From an uncultured virus (IMG/VR IMGVR_UViG_3300011375_000006) (taxonomy: Duplodnaviria > Heunggongvirae > Uroviricota > Caudoviricetes), in IMG/VR virus record IMGVR_UViG_3300011375_000006: 64,000 bases of DNA; one strand, 5' to 3'. This document shows, in pieces, positions 45,733-54,285 of the stretch (the stretch's first letter is position 1; each line of letters opens with the position of its first letter). The notes beneath the pieces were generated by a model. That model was given only the letters and a program-made list of their open reading frames with translations. It did not search any database and was not told the DNA's origin. A program made the position numbers and the translations under genes.

Positions 45733-47204
45733 CCGCCGCAGCCATGTCGCCGGAAGAGCAGCTTGTTGAAGACATTGCCAGCTTTACGCACGATCCGCTG
45801 GGATATGCGCTGTATGCGTTCCCCTGGGGCGAAGATGGCGGAGAACTGGCGCACGCTGCCGGGCCTCGCCAGTGGCAGGCTGATACATTCCGGGAAATAG
45901 GCGAGCACCTTCAAAACCCGGCGACGCGGCACCAGCCGTTGATGATTGCCCGCGCATCCGGTCACGGTATCGGTAAATCGGCGTTTATCTCAATGCTGAT
46001 TAACTGGGGCATGTCCACCTGCGAGGACTGCAAGGTTGTTGTGACCGCCAACACCGAAAACCAGCTGCGCACCAAAACATGGCCGGAAATCATCAAGTGG
46101 TCGAACATGGCGATCACCAGGGACTGGTTCACTACCACTGCAACCGCGATGTACAGCAACGATCCGGGCCACGACAAGCGCTGGCGCGCCGACGCCATTC
46201 CATGGAGTGAGCACAACACCGAAGCGTTTGCCGGTCTGCACAACGAGCGTAAGCGCATCATCGTGGTATTCGATGAAGCCTCCAATATCGCAGATCTGGT
46301 ATGGGAGGTTGCCGAGGGCGCGCTGACGGACGAAGACACCGAAATTATATGGGTGGCGTTCGGTAACCCGACGCGTAACACCGGGCGTTTCCGTGAGTGC
46401 TTCCGCAAGTATAAGCACCGCTGGAAGGCAAAGCAGATCGACAGCCGAACGGTGGAAGGCACGAACAAGGAGCAGCTCCAGAAGTGGGTGGACGACTACG
46501 GCGAGGATAGCGATTTTGTGAAAGTACGCGTGCGCGGGATATTCCCGGATGCGTCAGAGCTGCAGTTTATCCCGACAGGTCTCACTGACGAGGCGATGAA
46601 GCGCGTGGTGACCGCTGCGCAGGTGGCGCACGCTCCGGTGATTATCGGAGTTGACCCGGCTTATTCCGGCGTGGATGAAGCGGTGATATACCTGAGGCAG
46701 GGGCTGCACAGCAAAGTGTTATGGACTGGCAGTAAAACCACCGACGATCTGATTATGGCGAAGCGCATCGCTGACTTCGAGGACCAGTACCAGGCTGACG
46801 CGGTGTTTATCGATTTCGGCTACGGCACCGGCCTGAAGTCCATCGGCGACGGCTGGGGACGCTCCTGGCAGCTTGTGCCGTTCGGCGGCGCATCGACTGA
46901 CCCGCAGATGCTCAACAAGCGTGGTGAGATGTTCAACAGTTGCAAAACGTGGCTTAAGCTTGGCGGTGCGCTGGATGACCAAGAAACAGCTGATGATTTG
47001 TCGGCGGCAGAGTACAAGGTGCGGGTGGACGGCAAGATAGTTATGGAGCCGAAAGAGGATATCAGAGACCGTATCGGGCGATCTCCAGGCAAGGGCGATG
47101 CGCTGCTGCTGACCTTTGCTTTCCCGGTGGCGAAGCGGTTGCGCATTCCGGGGCAGGATGGGCAGCAGGGCCGGGCCATCACTGAATACGATCCGTATGC
47201 TTAA
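45729..47204 (+). CDS. terL: Terminase large subunit (podovirus module)
   Basis: ASGHGIGKS, FDEAS, GNPTR, GVDPA, SP..GDA. Confidence 0.93.
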   Translation: MTAAAMSPEEQLVEDIASFTHDPLGYALYAFPWGEDGGELAHAAGPRQWQADTFREIGEHLQNPATRHQPLMIARASGHGIGKSAFISMLINWGMSTCEDCKVVVTANTENQLRTKTWPEIIKWSNMAITRDWFTTTATAMYSNDPGHDKRWRADAIPWSEHNTEAFAGLHNERKRIIVVFDEASNIADLVWEVAEGALTDEDTEIIWVAFGNPTRNTGRFRECFRKYKHRWKAKQIDSRTVEGTNKEQLQKWVDDYGEDSDFVKVRVRGIFPDASELQFIPTGLTDEAMKRVVTAAQVAHAPVIIGVDPAYSGVDEAVIYLRQGLHSKVLWTGSKTTDDLIMAKRIADFEDQYQADAVFIDFGYGTGLKSIGDGWGRSWQLVPFGGASTDPQMLNKRGEMFNSCKTWLKLGGALDDQETADDLSAAEYKVRVDGKIVMEPKEDIRDRIGRSPGKGDALLLTFAFPVAKRLRIPGQDGQQGRAITEYDPYA

Positions 47205-47368
47205 TTTCAGCAGGTTACATCACTCGGAATACAGGGGTGTAAGTATTTTATCAATGAAATCAGAGCCCTCAAAATTGAGGCGGGCCTTTAAAAGGCAGAT
47301 TTCTAGCCTTTTAGTTCATCCAGTAGGACTCCTTGAAATCAAGGCCTCTTAAGTGCTCTGAATCAATC

Positions 47369-47393
47369 AAAAAGCCCGCGCATCGGCGGGCTT
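47369..47393 (-). terminator. Terminator of the leftward accessory operon
   Basis: Plus strand AAAAAGCCCGC-GCATCG-GCGGGCTT. Confidence 0.7.
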
Positions 47394-47416
47394 AATGTGA
47401 GACATAGCTCAGTTTT

Positions 47417-47542
47417 TTAGTAGTCATCATCACTATCTTTCATCGCAGATCGGAAGACCAGCGCAGCGATACCTACCACAACCGCCGCGCCGCCGATGGC
47501 GAGCCACATCCACAAACTAAGTTCGCTCATGATTCGCTTCAT
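47417..47542 (-). CDS. 41-aa single-TM peptide
   Basis: MKRIMSELSLWMWLAIGGAAVVVGIAALVFRSAMKDSDDDY. Confidence 0.5.
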   Translation of the reverse strand: MKRIMSELSLWMWLAIGGAAVVVGIAALVFRSAMKDSDDDY

Positions 47543-47559
47543 CGTGACATGTCACCGCA

Positions 47560-47853
47560 TCAATCAGTTGTATTCCCGCCTATGGAAAATGGCAAGTTAT
47601 TGCTTACGAGCTCATCAATTTTATTCTGAGCGGCATCGCGTGCTTGCTGTAGCTTCTCTATAGAGGCTTTCTTTTCAGAGATGATTTTTTTTAGGCCTTC
47701 TCGCATTTCCTTATCGAAAACGATATCAATGCCGAGACCACTAAGCTGGATTGTTTTCCCTTGTTCAGCGCGTTCAACAGCGCCATGTAATGCAGACAAT
47801 TCATAGCACAAGTCATCGATTATTCGATCAATGTTTCTTACGGAGATGGTCAT
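47560..47853 (-). CDS. Hypothetical coiled-coil protein
   Basis: AAGGTG RBS before MTISVRN. Confidence 0.6.
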   Translation of the reverse strand: MTISVRNIDRIIDDLCYELSALHGAVERAEQGKTIQLSGLGIDIVFDKEMREGLKKIISEKKASIEKLQQARDAAQNKIDELVSNNLPFSIGGNTTD

Positions 47854-47865
47854 GGTTATCACCTT

Positions 47866-48405
47866 AAAAAAATGCCCGGCGAACCGGGCGAACAAAAGCC
47901 AATGGGAGTTACGGGGTTTACAACAGAAAGCCATCGCGATGACGTTCTGGTGTAAAAAGGGCGGCATCAGGAAAGGATTCAAAAAAACCTGTGCCGCCAA
48001 GATTTACACTGGTACTGCGTTATCACGGTCCTAAGCGTGATTCTGTCGTGGGCCAGATGCTTATCTTCTGGTTGCCTCAATGGGCTGCAATTCACCACAA
48101 CGGAAAGAGCACTGACTTCGAGCAGACCTTGCGCGCAGGAACGACGATCAATCTCAATGCTTTTACCTGTTGCGTCCTCGTCTCTTCCGAGGTGTCACAC
48201 CGTACCGCCACGATGGTGAGTCGTTGGTTCGTGCTATGACCCGATGGCTTGCACATTCCGGCTACCCGTTCGGGGATAAGTAACATCAAGGAACCCCGTC
48301 GGACCGCTGCGACGCATGTGCCATACGCCGTACATCTTGCCGGTTACGTCTCCGGCGAGGGCTTCCACCTCTCGTCTGGCTTTTCCACGCAAGCGCGTGC
48401 TTGTG
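47866..48405 (-). ncRNA. ~540-nt multi-module structured non-coding transcript (candidate sRNA array)
   Basis: Bounded by a TTGACA-N17-TACCTT promoter and GCCCGG-TTCG-CCGGGC-ATTTTTTT terminator; tiled with stems; no credible ORF. Confidence 0.7.
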
Positions 48406-48442
48406 TTACCTAAAAGGTAATAATTACACCGTAATATGTCAA
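48405..48442 (-). promoter_or_regulatory. Strong sigma70 promoter with overlapping operator
   Basis: TTGACA (48442-48437), 17-bp spacer, TACCTT (48419-48414); GTTACCTAAAAGGTAAT covers the -10. Confidence 0.75.
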
Positions 48443-48510
48443 TACCCTACGCTAAATAATCCTTATGTGGTTAAATTGGTAATAATTTAATCGTGTGCGG
48501 AGTCATTGAA

Positions 48511-48717
48511 ATGTGCATGGGTAGCTCACCATCAGTACCGGCAGCGCCGGAAATCCAGGCGGCACCGCAGGAGCAGGACGCGGCTGTTGTTGCATCCCGC
48601 GACGATGAAATGCGCCGCCGTCGTGCCGCAGCAGGCCGCAACTCCACGCTGCTGACCGGCGCACAGGGTGACACCTCAGCCGCTAATACCAGCGGTAAAA
48701 CGCTGCTGGGCCAGTAA
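48511..48717 (+). CDS. Small protein preceding the portal gene
   Basis: MC.G..P.VP, RRR..AGR.ST.LTG, GKTLLGQ. Confidence 0.75.
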   Translation: MCMGSSPSVPAAPEIQAAPQEQDAAVVASRDDEMRRRRAAAGRNSTLLTGAQGDTSAANTSGKTLLGQ

Positions 48718-48726
48718 GGGATCGTC

Positions 48727-50409
48727 ATGGCCGGGACAAACGAAACCATCAAAGAGCAATTGCTGAAACAGTTTGCTCAACTGGAAAATGACCGGTCGTC
48801 ATTCGATCCGCACTGGCGCGACCTCACTGATTTCATCAACCCTCGCGGCTCACGCTTCCTCACTTCTGAGGTGAATCGCGGCGAGCGGCGCAACACCAAA
48901 ATCGTTGACCCAACGGCGACCATGGCAAACCGGACACTGTCCAGCGGCATGATGTCCGGCATCACCAGCCCGGCCCGTCCGTGGTTCCGTCTGGCGACGC
49001 CTGACCCTGACATGATGGATTACGGCCCGGTTAAGCTGTGGCTCGAAATCGTGCAGCGCCGCATGAACGACATGTTCAATAAGTCGAACCTTTACCAGTC
49101 ACTGCCCCTGCTTTACGGCAGCCTGGGCACGCTGGGCACCGGCGCTATGGCTGTGCTTGAAGATGACGACGACATTATCCGCACGATGATGTTCCCGATT
49201 GGCAGCTACTGGCTGGCAAACTCTCCACGCGGGAGCGTTGATACCTGCTTTCGCAAGTTCTCAATGACCGTTCGTCAGATCGTCATGGAATTTGGCCTGG
49301 ATAAGGTCAGCACGTCAGTTAAAAGCATGTGGGAGTCGGGCAACTACGAGCAGTGGATCGAAGTGATGCACTCTGTTTTCCCGAACATAAACCGCGATAC
49401 GGCAAAGCTCGACAGCAAAAACAAGCTGTATAAGTCCGTCTATTTCGAGGTTGGCGGCGACAGTGACAAAGTGCTGCGCGAATCAGGCTACGACGAATTC
49501 CCCATCATGGCGCCGCGCTGGGAAGTCAACGGCGAGGACGTCTACGGTTCATCCTGCCCTGGCATGATTGCCCTTGGTCAGGTTAAAGCCCTTCAGCTTG
49601 AGCAGAAGCGCAAGTCACAACTGATCGACAAAGCCACTAATCCGCCTATGGTCGGGCCTTCATCGCTTAAAAACCAGCGAGTTTCCCTGCTGCCTGGCGA
49701 CATCACGTATATCGACCAGATGGGCAATCAGGATGGCTTCAAACCTGCTTACCTGGTTAACCCGAACACGGCCGACCTGCTGGCCGACATTCAGGATACG
49801 CGGCAGGTGATCAACAGCGCCTACTTCGTTGACCTGTTCATGATGCTGCAGCAAATCAACACGCGCTCAATGCCGGTTGAAGCTGTTATCGAGATGAAAG
49901 AGGAAAAGTTACTGATGCTCGGTCCGGTTCTGGAACGTCTCAACGACGAATGCCTTAACCCGCTGATTGACCGCGCTTTCTCGATGATGGTGAAAAAGAA
50001 CATGCTTCCTCCGCCTCCGGATGTGCTTAGCGGCACGCCGCTGCGCGTGGAATACATCTCCGTTATGGCGCAGGCGCAGAAGTCTATCGGCCTGTCCAGC
50101 CTCGCCAATACCGTGACGTTTATCGGTCAGCTTGCAGCGGCGAAACCTGAAGCGCTCGACAAGCTGAACGTGGATCAGGCGATCGACACGTTCGCCGACA
50201 TGTCCGGGGTATCTGCAACGGTCATCCTTCCTCAGGAGCAGGTGAACAAAATCCGCCAGGACCGCGCACAACAGCAACAGATGCAGCAAAACGCAGCCAT
50301 GGCAATGGCGGCGGCGCAGGGCGCCAAGACTCTAAGCGAAGCGCAAACATCAGATCCAAGCGCACTGACAGCGCTCACCCGCGCAGCGGCGGGAGGTAAT
50401 CAGCAATGA
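48727..50409 (+). CDS. Portal protein (T7 gp8/epsilon15-like)
   Basis: GITSPARPWF.L, EEKLLMLGPVLERL..E.L.PLI.R, VEYIS.MAQAQK. Confidence 0.93.
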   Translation: MAGTNETIKEQLLKQFAQLENDRSSFDPHWRDLTDFINPRGSRFLTSEVNRGERRNTKIVDPTATMANRTLSSGMMSGITSPARPWFRLATPDPDMMDYGPVKLWLEIVQRRMNDMFNKSNLYQSLPLLYGSLGTLGTGAMAVLEDDDDIIRTMMFPIGSYWLANSPRGSVDTCFRKFSMTVRQIVMEFGLDKVSTSVKSMWESGNYEQWIEVMHSVFPNINRDTAKLDSKNKLYKSVYFEVGGDSDKVLRESGYDEFPIMAPRWEVNGEDVYGSSCPGMIALGQVKALQLEQKRKSQLIDKATNPPMVGPSSLKNQRVSLLPGDITYIDQMGNQDGFKPAYLVNPNTADLLADIQDTRQVINSAYFVDLFMMLQQINTRSMPVEAVIEMKEEKLLMLGPVLERLNDECLNPLIDRAFSMMVKKNMLPPPPDVLSGTPLRVEYISVMAQAQKSIGLSSLANTVTFIGQLAAAKPEALDKLNVDQAIDTFADMSGVSATVILPQEQVNKIRQDRAQQQQMQQNAAMAMAAAQGAKTLSEAQTSDPSALTALTRAAAGGNQQ

Positions 50410-50705
50410 CAGACCTCTATGAAGATGAACAGCCGAGCGCTGAGCAACTGAAGCGCATGGCAGAGCGCGAAGAGCGAGACGCCGAAGATATCCGTTTTGT
50501 TATGGGCTCCGAGCGTGGCCGCCGCGTTGTGTGGCAGGTGCTTGGACAGGGAAAGGTGTTTGCCGCCTGCTTTGCCGCTGATCCGCATATCACAGCTTTC
50601 AACGAAGGGCAGCGCAATCTGGCGCTGGCGCTGTTTCAGCGCGTTATGACCTGCTGCCCCGAACTCTATCTGAAGATGGCTGATGAAGCCGCTAAACAGG
50701 AGTGA
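50406..50705 (+). CDS. Conserved small protein (Bbp19-like)
   Basis: VM.SE.GRRVVW, AFNEGQRN. Confidence 0.75.
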   Translation: MTDLYEDEQPSAEQLKRMAEREERDAEDIRFVMGSERGRRVVWQVLGQGKVFAACFAADPHITAFNEGQRNLALALFQRVMTCCPELYLKMADEAAKQE

Positions 50706-50707
50706 TC

Positions 50708-51430
50708 ATGAATTTGTTTGAACGTTTACTTTATCGCCGACTTTGCAACGAGCAGCCTGCCGATGGCGGTGCAGCTCCGGCCGCTTCCGCACCGGCAGTG
50801 ACTGCCACTGAGCAATCACAGGGCGATGCATCTCAGCAACCAGGGGCGCAGGCAGAAGGCCAGTCTCAGGATAACGCTGAGCAAAAGCCGGATCCCACTA
50901 CCGAGCAGCCGAAAAAGGATGAAGAGAAGCCTGGCGAAAAGAAAGACGGAAAAGAAGAAAACAAAAAACCTGAAGGCGCGCCGGAAACCTATGAATTCAA
51001 AGCCGCTGAAGGCGTTGAACTGGATACGGAAGCCCTGAAGGACTTCGAACCGGTGGCACGCGAACTGAACCTGACTAATGAGCAGGCGCAGAAGCTGGTG
51101 GACGCATACCCGAAAATCCTGGCTGGCGTGCAGCAGCGTCAGGTTGAAGCCTGGCAAAAACAAACTCAGGACTGGGCGGCGGATGTGAAAGCCGACAAAG
51201 AGATTGGCGGCGACAAACTCACCGCCAGCCTGAGCAAAGCGCAACAGGCGCTGGAAACGTTCGGCACTCCCGAGCTCAAAGAATACCTGAACGAAACCGG
51301 CCTCGGTAACCACCCCGAACTGGTGAAAGCGTTCGTGAAAATCGGTAAGGCCATGTCGGAAGACAACATGGTCTCCGCCGGAAATACCGGCCAGCGTAGT
51401 GCTGCCGAAGTGCTCTATGGCAAAAACTAA
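50708..51430 (+). CDS. Capsid scaffolding protein
   Basis: Low-complexity N-terminus; APE.YEF, GLGNHPE.VK.F.KIGK.MSED. Confidence 0.8.
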   Translation: MNLFERLLYRRLCNEQPADGGAAPAASAPAVTATEQSQGDASQQPGAQAEGQSQDNAEQKPDPTTEQPKKDEEKPGEKKDGKEENKKPEGAPETYEFKAAEGVELDTEALKDFEPVARELNLTNEQAQKLVDAYPKILAGVQQRQVEAWQKQTQDWAADVKADKEIGGDKLTASLSKAQQALETFGTPELKEYLNETGLGNHPELVKAFVKIGKAMSEDNMVSAGNTGQRSAAEVLYGKN

Positions 51431-51444
51431 GAGAGGATATAACC

Positions 51445-52428
51445 ATGGCTGTTAAAGGCTTAACTGCGCTGACGCTGGCAGACTGGGGTAAGCGCGTAGA
51501 TCCCAACGGGAAGGTCGATAAAATTATTGAGCTTCTCGGTCAAACTAACCCGATCCTTCAGGATATGCCGTTTGTCGAAGGCAACCTGCCAACCGGGCAC
51601 CGCACCACTATCCGCACCGGCTTGCCCGCTGCTACGTGGCGACTGTTGAACTACGGCGTTCCGCAGGGTAAATCAACCACTGCGCAGGTTACCGATACTG
51701 TCGGTATGCTGGAAACCTACGCAGAGGTAGATAAATCGCTGGCAGATCTGAACGGCAATACCGCCGAATTTCGTCTGTCGGAAGACCGTGCATTCATTGA
51801 AGGCATGAACCAGCAGATGGCGCAAACGCTGTTTTACGGCGATACCAGCGTCAACCCGCAGCAATTCATGGGCCTTTCTTCCCGCTACTCCAGCAAATCC
51901 GCCGGTAACGGTCAGAACATTATCGACGCTGGCGGCACCGGCACCGATAACACTTCTATCTGGCTGGTGGTTTGGGGTGAAAACACGGTGCATGGCATCT
52001 TCCCGAAAGGCCAGAAAGCTGGCTTGCAGCATCAGGATTTGGGTGAGCAAACCCTTATCGATGCCAATGGCGGCAAATACCAGGGCTATCGTACCCACTA
52101 TAAGTGGGATAACGGCCTTGCTCTGCGCGACTGGCGCTATGTTGTTCGCATCGCGAATATCGATGTCAGTGATCTGAGCGGCGGCAGCGCAGCCAACATC
52201 GTCAAACTGATGGTAGCCGCACTGCATCGCATCCCGAACCGCGGCATGGGCAAACCGGTGTTCTATATGAACCGCACCATTGCCCAGGCGCTTGACCTCC
52301 AGTCTCTGGACAAAGCGTCGCTGGCGCTGTCCGTCAAAGAGACCGAAGGCGAATTCTGGACCACGTTCCGTGGCATCCCAATCCGTGAAACCGACGCGAT
52401 TCTGGAAACTGAATCCCGCGTTGTGTAA
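51445..52428 (+). CDS. Major capsid protein (epsilon15 gp7-like)
   Basis: TLADW.KR, EGNLPTGH.TT.RTGLP, DWRYVVRIANID. Confidence 0.92.
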   Translation: MAVKGLTALTLADWGKRVDPNGKVDKIIELLGQTNPILQDMPFVEGNLPTGHRTTIRTGLPAATWRLLNYGVPQGKSTTAQVTDTVGMLETYAEVDKSLADLNGNTAEFRLSEDRAFIEGMNQQMAQTLFYGDTSVNPQQFMGLSSRYSSKSAGNGQNIIDAGGTGTDNTSIWLVVWGENTVHGIFPKGQKAGLQHQDLGEQTLIDANGGKYQGYRTHYKWDNGLALRDWRYVVRIANIDVSDLSGGSAANIVKLMVAALHRIPNRGMGKPVFYMNRTIAQALDLQSLDKASLALSVKETEGEFWTTFRGIPIRETDAILETESRVV

Positions 52429-52480
52429 CGCCTGTCATTAACGAATGGGCCTTAACGGGCCCATAAATGGAGATAAAGAG

Positions 52481-52924
52481 ATGATCCTCGACAAACCGTT
52501 GATGTTCTCCGAATCACAGGCGGTTACGGCGTCTGCTGCTTCGACTGATGTGATTGACCTTGGCCCGATTGACGGCACGCGCCGCGACATCGGCGTGGGT
52601 GAGCCGCTGGAATGGTTCGTTAACGTCAATACCACGGCGACCGCCGCCGGTGCTGCAACTCTTAACGTCAACCTTCAGACCAGCCCGGACAACTCCACCT
52701 GGACGACCATTGCGAGTTCCGGCGATCTGGCGCTGGCCGCGCTGACTGCTGGTAAACGCATCGTTTCCCAGAAAGTGCCGCAGGGTGTTCAGCGCTACCT
52801 GCGCCTGAACTATGTCGTAGGCACCGGGCCGCTGACCGCCGGCGCTTTCACCTCGGGTATCAATCTGGATGTGGATGGCAACAACACCACGTTCTACGCG
52901 ACCCGTTCCAAAATCACTGGTTAA
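52481..52924 (+). CDS. Capsid cement protein (Bbp16-like)
   Basis: MILD..LMFS..QA.TA.AAST.VIDL, RYLRLNY.V. Confidence 0.8.
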   Translation: MILDKPLMFSESQAVTASAASTDVIDLGPIDGTRRDIGVGEPLEWFVNVNTTATAAGAATLNVNLQTSPDNSTWTTIASSGDLALAALTAGKRIVSQKVPQGVQRYLRLNYVVGTGPLTAGAFTSGINLDVDGNNTTFYATRSKITG

Positions 52925-52935
52925 GGAATAAGTAA

Positions 52936-53304
52936 ATGACTCAGGAAAAAGCGAAGTACCGCGTTCTGCGTCTGTCTTTTATCGGCAACCAGTTGCTGGA
53001 TGAAGGCGCGGAAGTGGAATACGACGGCGAACCTGGCAGCGCGCTGGAGCCGCTCAACGATGCCGCTGAGGCTGCCAAGAAGAAAGCCATGAAGAAACAT
53101 GGGCATTCAGCCTATGACGTTAAACCGGCAACGGGGAACGTTCTGGATGGCGGCTCTAACGAAGTATCCAGCGGCGCTATCAGCGACGATCTGGCATCGC
53201 TTCGACAGCAGTACGAAGACCTTTTCAACGAGAAGCCCGGCAACATGAAGGCCGAAACGTTGAAAGAGCGTATCGCCGATAAGCGTAAAGAGCTGGGCGT
53301 TTAA
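52936..53304 (+). CDS. Hypothetical virion-region protein
   Basis: YRVLR.S.I, YDGEPG.ALEP. Confidence 0.65.
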   Translation: MTQEKAKYRVLRLSFIGNQLLDEGAEVEYDGEPGSALEPLNDAAEAAKKKAMKKHGHSAYDVKPATGNVLDGGSNEVSSGAISDDLASLRQQYEDLFNEKPGNMKAETLKERIADKRKELGV

Positions 53305-53356
53305 GCCTCAGGTGTTGAACAGAGGGGCTTCGGCCCCTTTCTTGCAGGAGCGTATT

Positions 53357-53680
53357 ATGGAACTCGTAAACCTCAAAACCGGCACCGATACCTACCAGGA
53401 CGAAAGCGGCAAAACGCATACCCGCGACGATTACCCGTGGGGTCTGTGTATCAATCTCGACAATGAAACGTTGAAAAAACTCGGTGCCACGCCGCAACCG
53501 GTAGGTTCTGAAGTCATGATTACTGCCCGCGCCATTATCAAAAGCACTTCCTCTCGCGAAAGTGAAGACGGCGCCCGCCATGATGCCAGCCTGCAAATCA
53601 CTGATATGGCGATCGCCGCAGCCAGCCAGCAGGAACAAAAAAGTGCCGCTGAAACTCTGTACGGAACCGGGGGTGAGTAA
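53357..53680 (+). CDS. Capsid staple protein (epsilon15 gp10-like)
   Basis: YPWGL.I.L..E.L.KLG, LQITDM, AAETLYG. Confidence 0.75.
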   Translation: MELVNLKTGTDTYQDESGKTHTRDDYPWGLCINLDNETLKKLGATPQPVGSEVMITARAIIKSTSSRESEDGARHDASLQITDMAIAAASQQEQKSAAETLYGTGGE

Positions 53681-54285
53681 TGCCTTCCGTCATCGAGATC
53701 TGCAACCGGGCGTTAAGCAACATTGGTAACAGCCGCAGTATTAACAGCCTGAACGAGGCCAGCAAAGAAGCGGGCGAATGCTCCCTGCATTTTGACGCCT
53801 GCCGCGACGCGGTGCTGTCTGATTTCGACTGGAACTTTGCCACCAGGCGCGTGGCGCTGGCCGACACAAACAGCCCGCCGCCAGACTGGCAATACGCTTA
53901 CCGATATCCGACTGACTGCCTTCGTATCACCGCGATCATGGTGCCTGGTGTGCGTAACCCCGCATCGGCTGATCGTGTTCAGTATGAAGTTGGCGCAGAT
54001 TCCAGTGGCACCGGCAAGCTTATTTATACGGATCAGCCTCAGGCCTGGCTGAAGTACGTTATGCGAATCACCGACGTGAACATGTTTGATGCCATTTTTC
54101 AGGAAGCCCTTGCCTGGCGACTGGCGGCTGCAATCAACATGGCGCTGACCGGTAGCGCGGATCTCGGTAACAACGCACTGAATATGTACTATCGCGTCAT
54201 TCTCAGTGCCGGTTCTCACAGCATGAACGAGTCGCAGGAGCCGGTTCAGCCTGAAAGCGAATTCACCATTGCGAGGTTGTCATAA
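53680..54285 (+). CDS. Tail adaptor (T7 gp11-like)
   Basis: EICN.ALS.IG, WNFA, W.YAY.YP.DCLR. Confidence 0.85.
   Translation: MPSVIEICNRALSNIGNSRSINSLNEASKEAGECSLHFDACRDAVLSDFDWNFATRRVALADTNSPPPDWQYAYRYPTDCLRITAIMVPGVRNPASADRVQYEVGADSSGTGKLIYTDQPQAWLKYVMRITDVNMFDAIFQEALAWRLAAAINMALTGSADLGNNALNMYYRVILSAGSHSMNESQEPVQPESEFTIARLS

Noticed and set aside
47205..47365. Small gene between terL and the leftward terminator
   Set aside because: Only a short protein-like minus-strand fragment without a start; possibly a remnant, not supportable.
26531..48171. CRISPR array from the repeated 25-nt sequence with ~40-nt inserts
   Set aside because: Only two copies 21 kb apart, the arms are inverted rather than direct repeats, and no cas genes are present.
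47831..48289. ORFs of 60-82 aa across the RNA array, and ORFs within 26094-26786
   Set aside because: No convincing RBS, overlapping in several frames, and crossing terminators and stems; structure explains the region better, although short peptides cannot be excluded.
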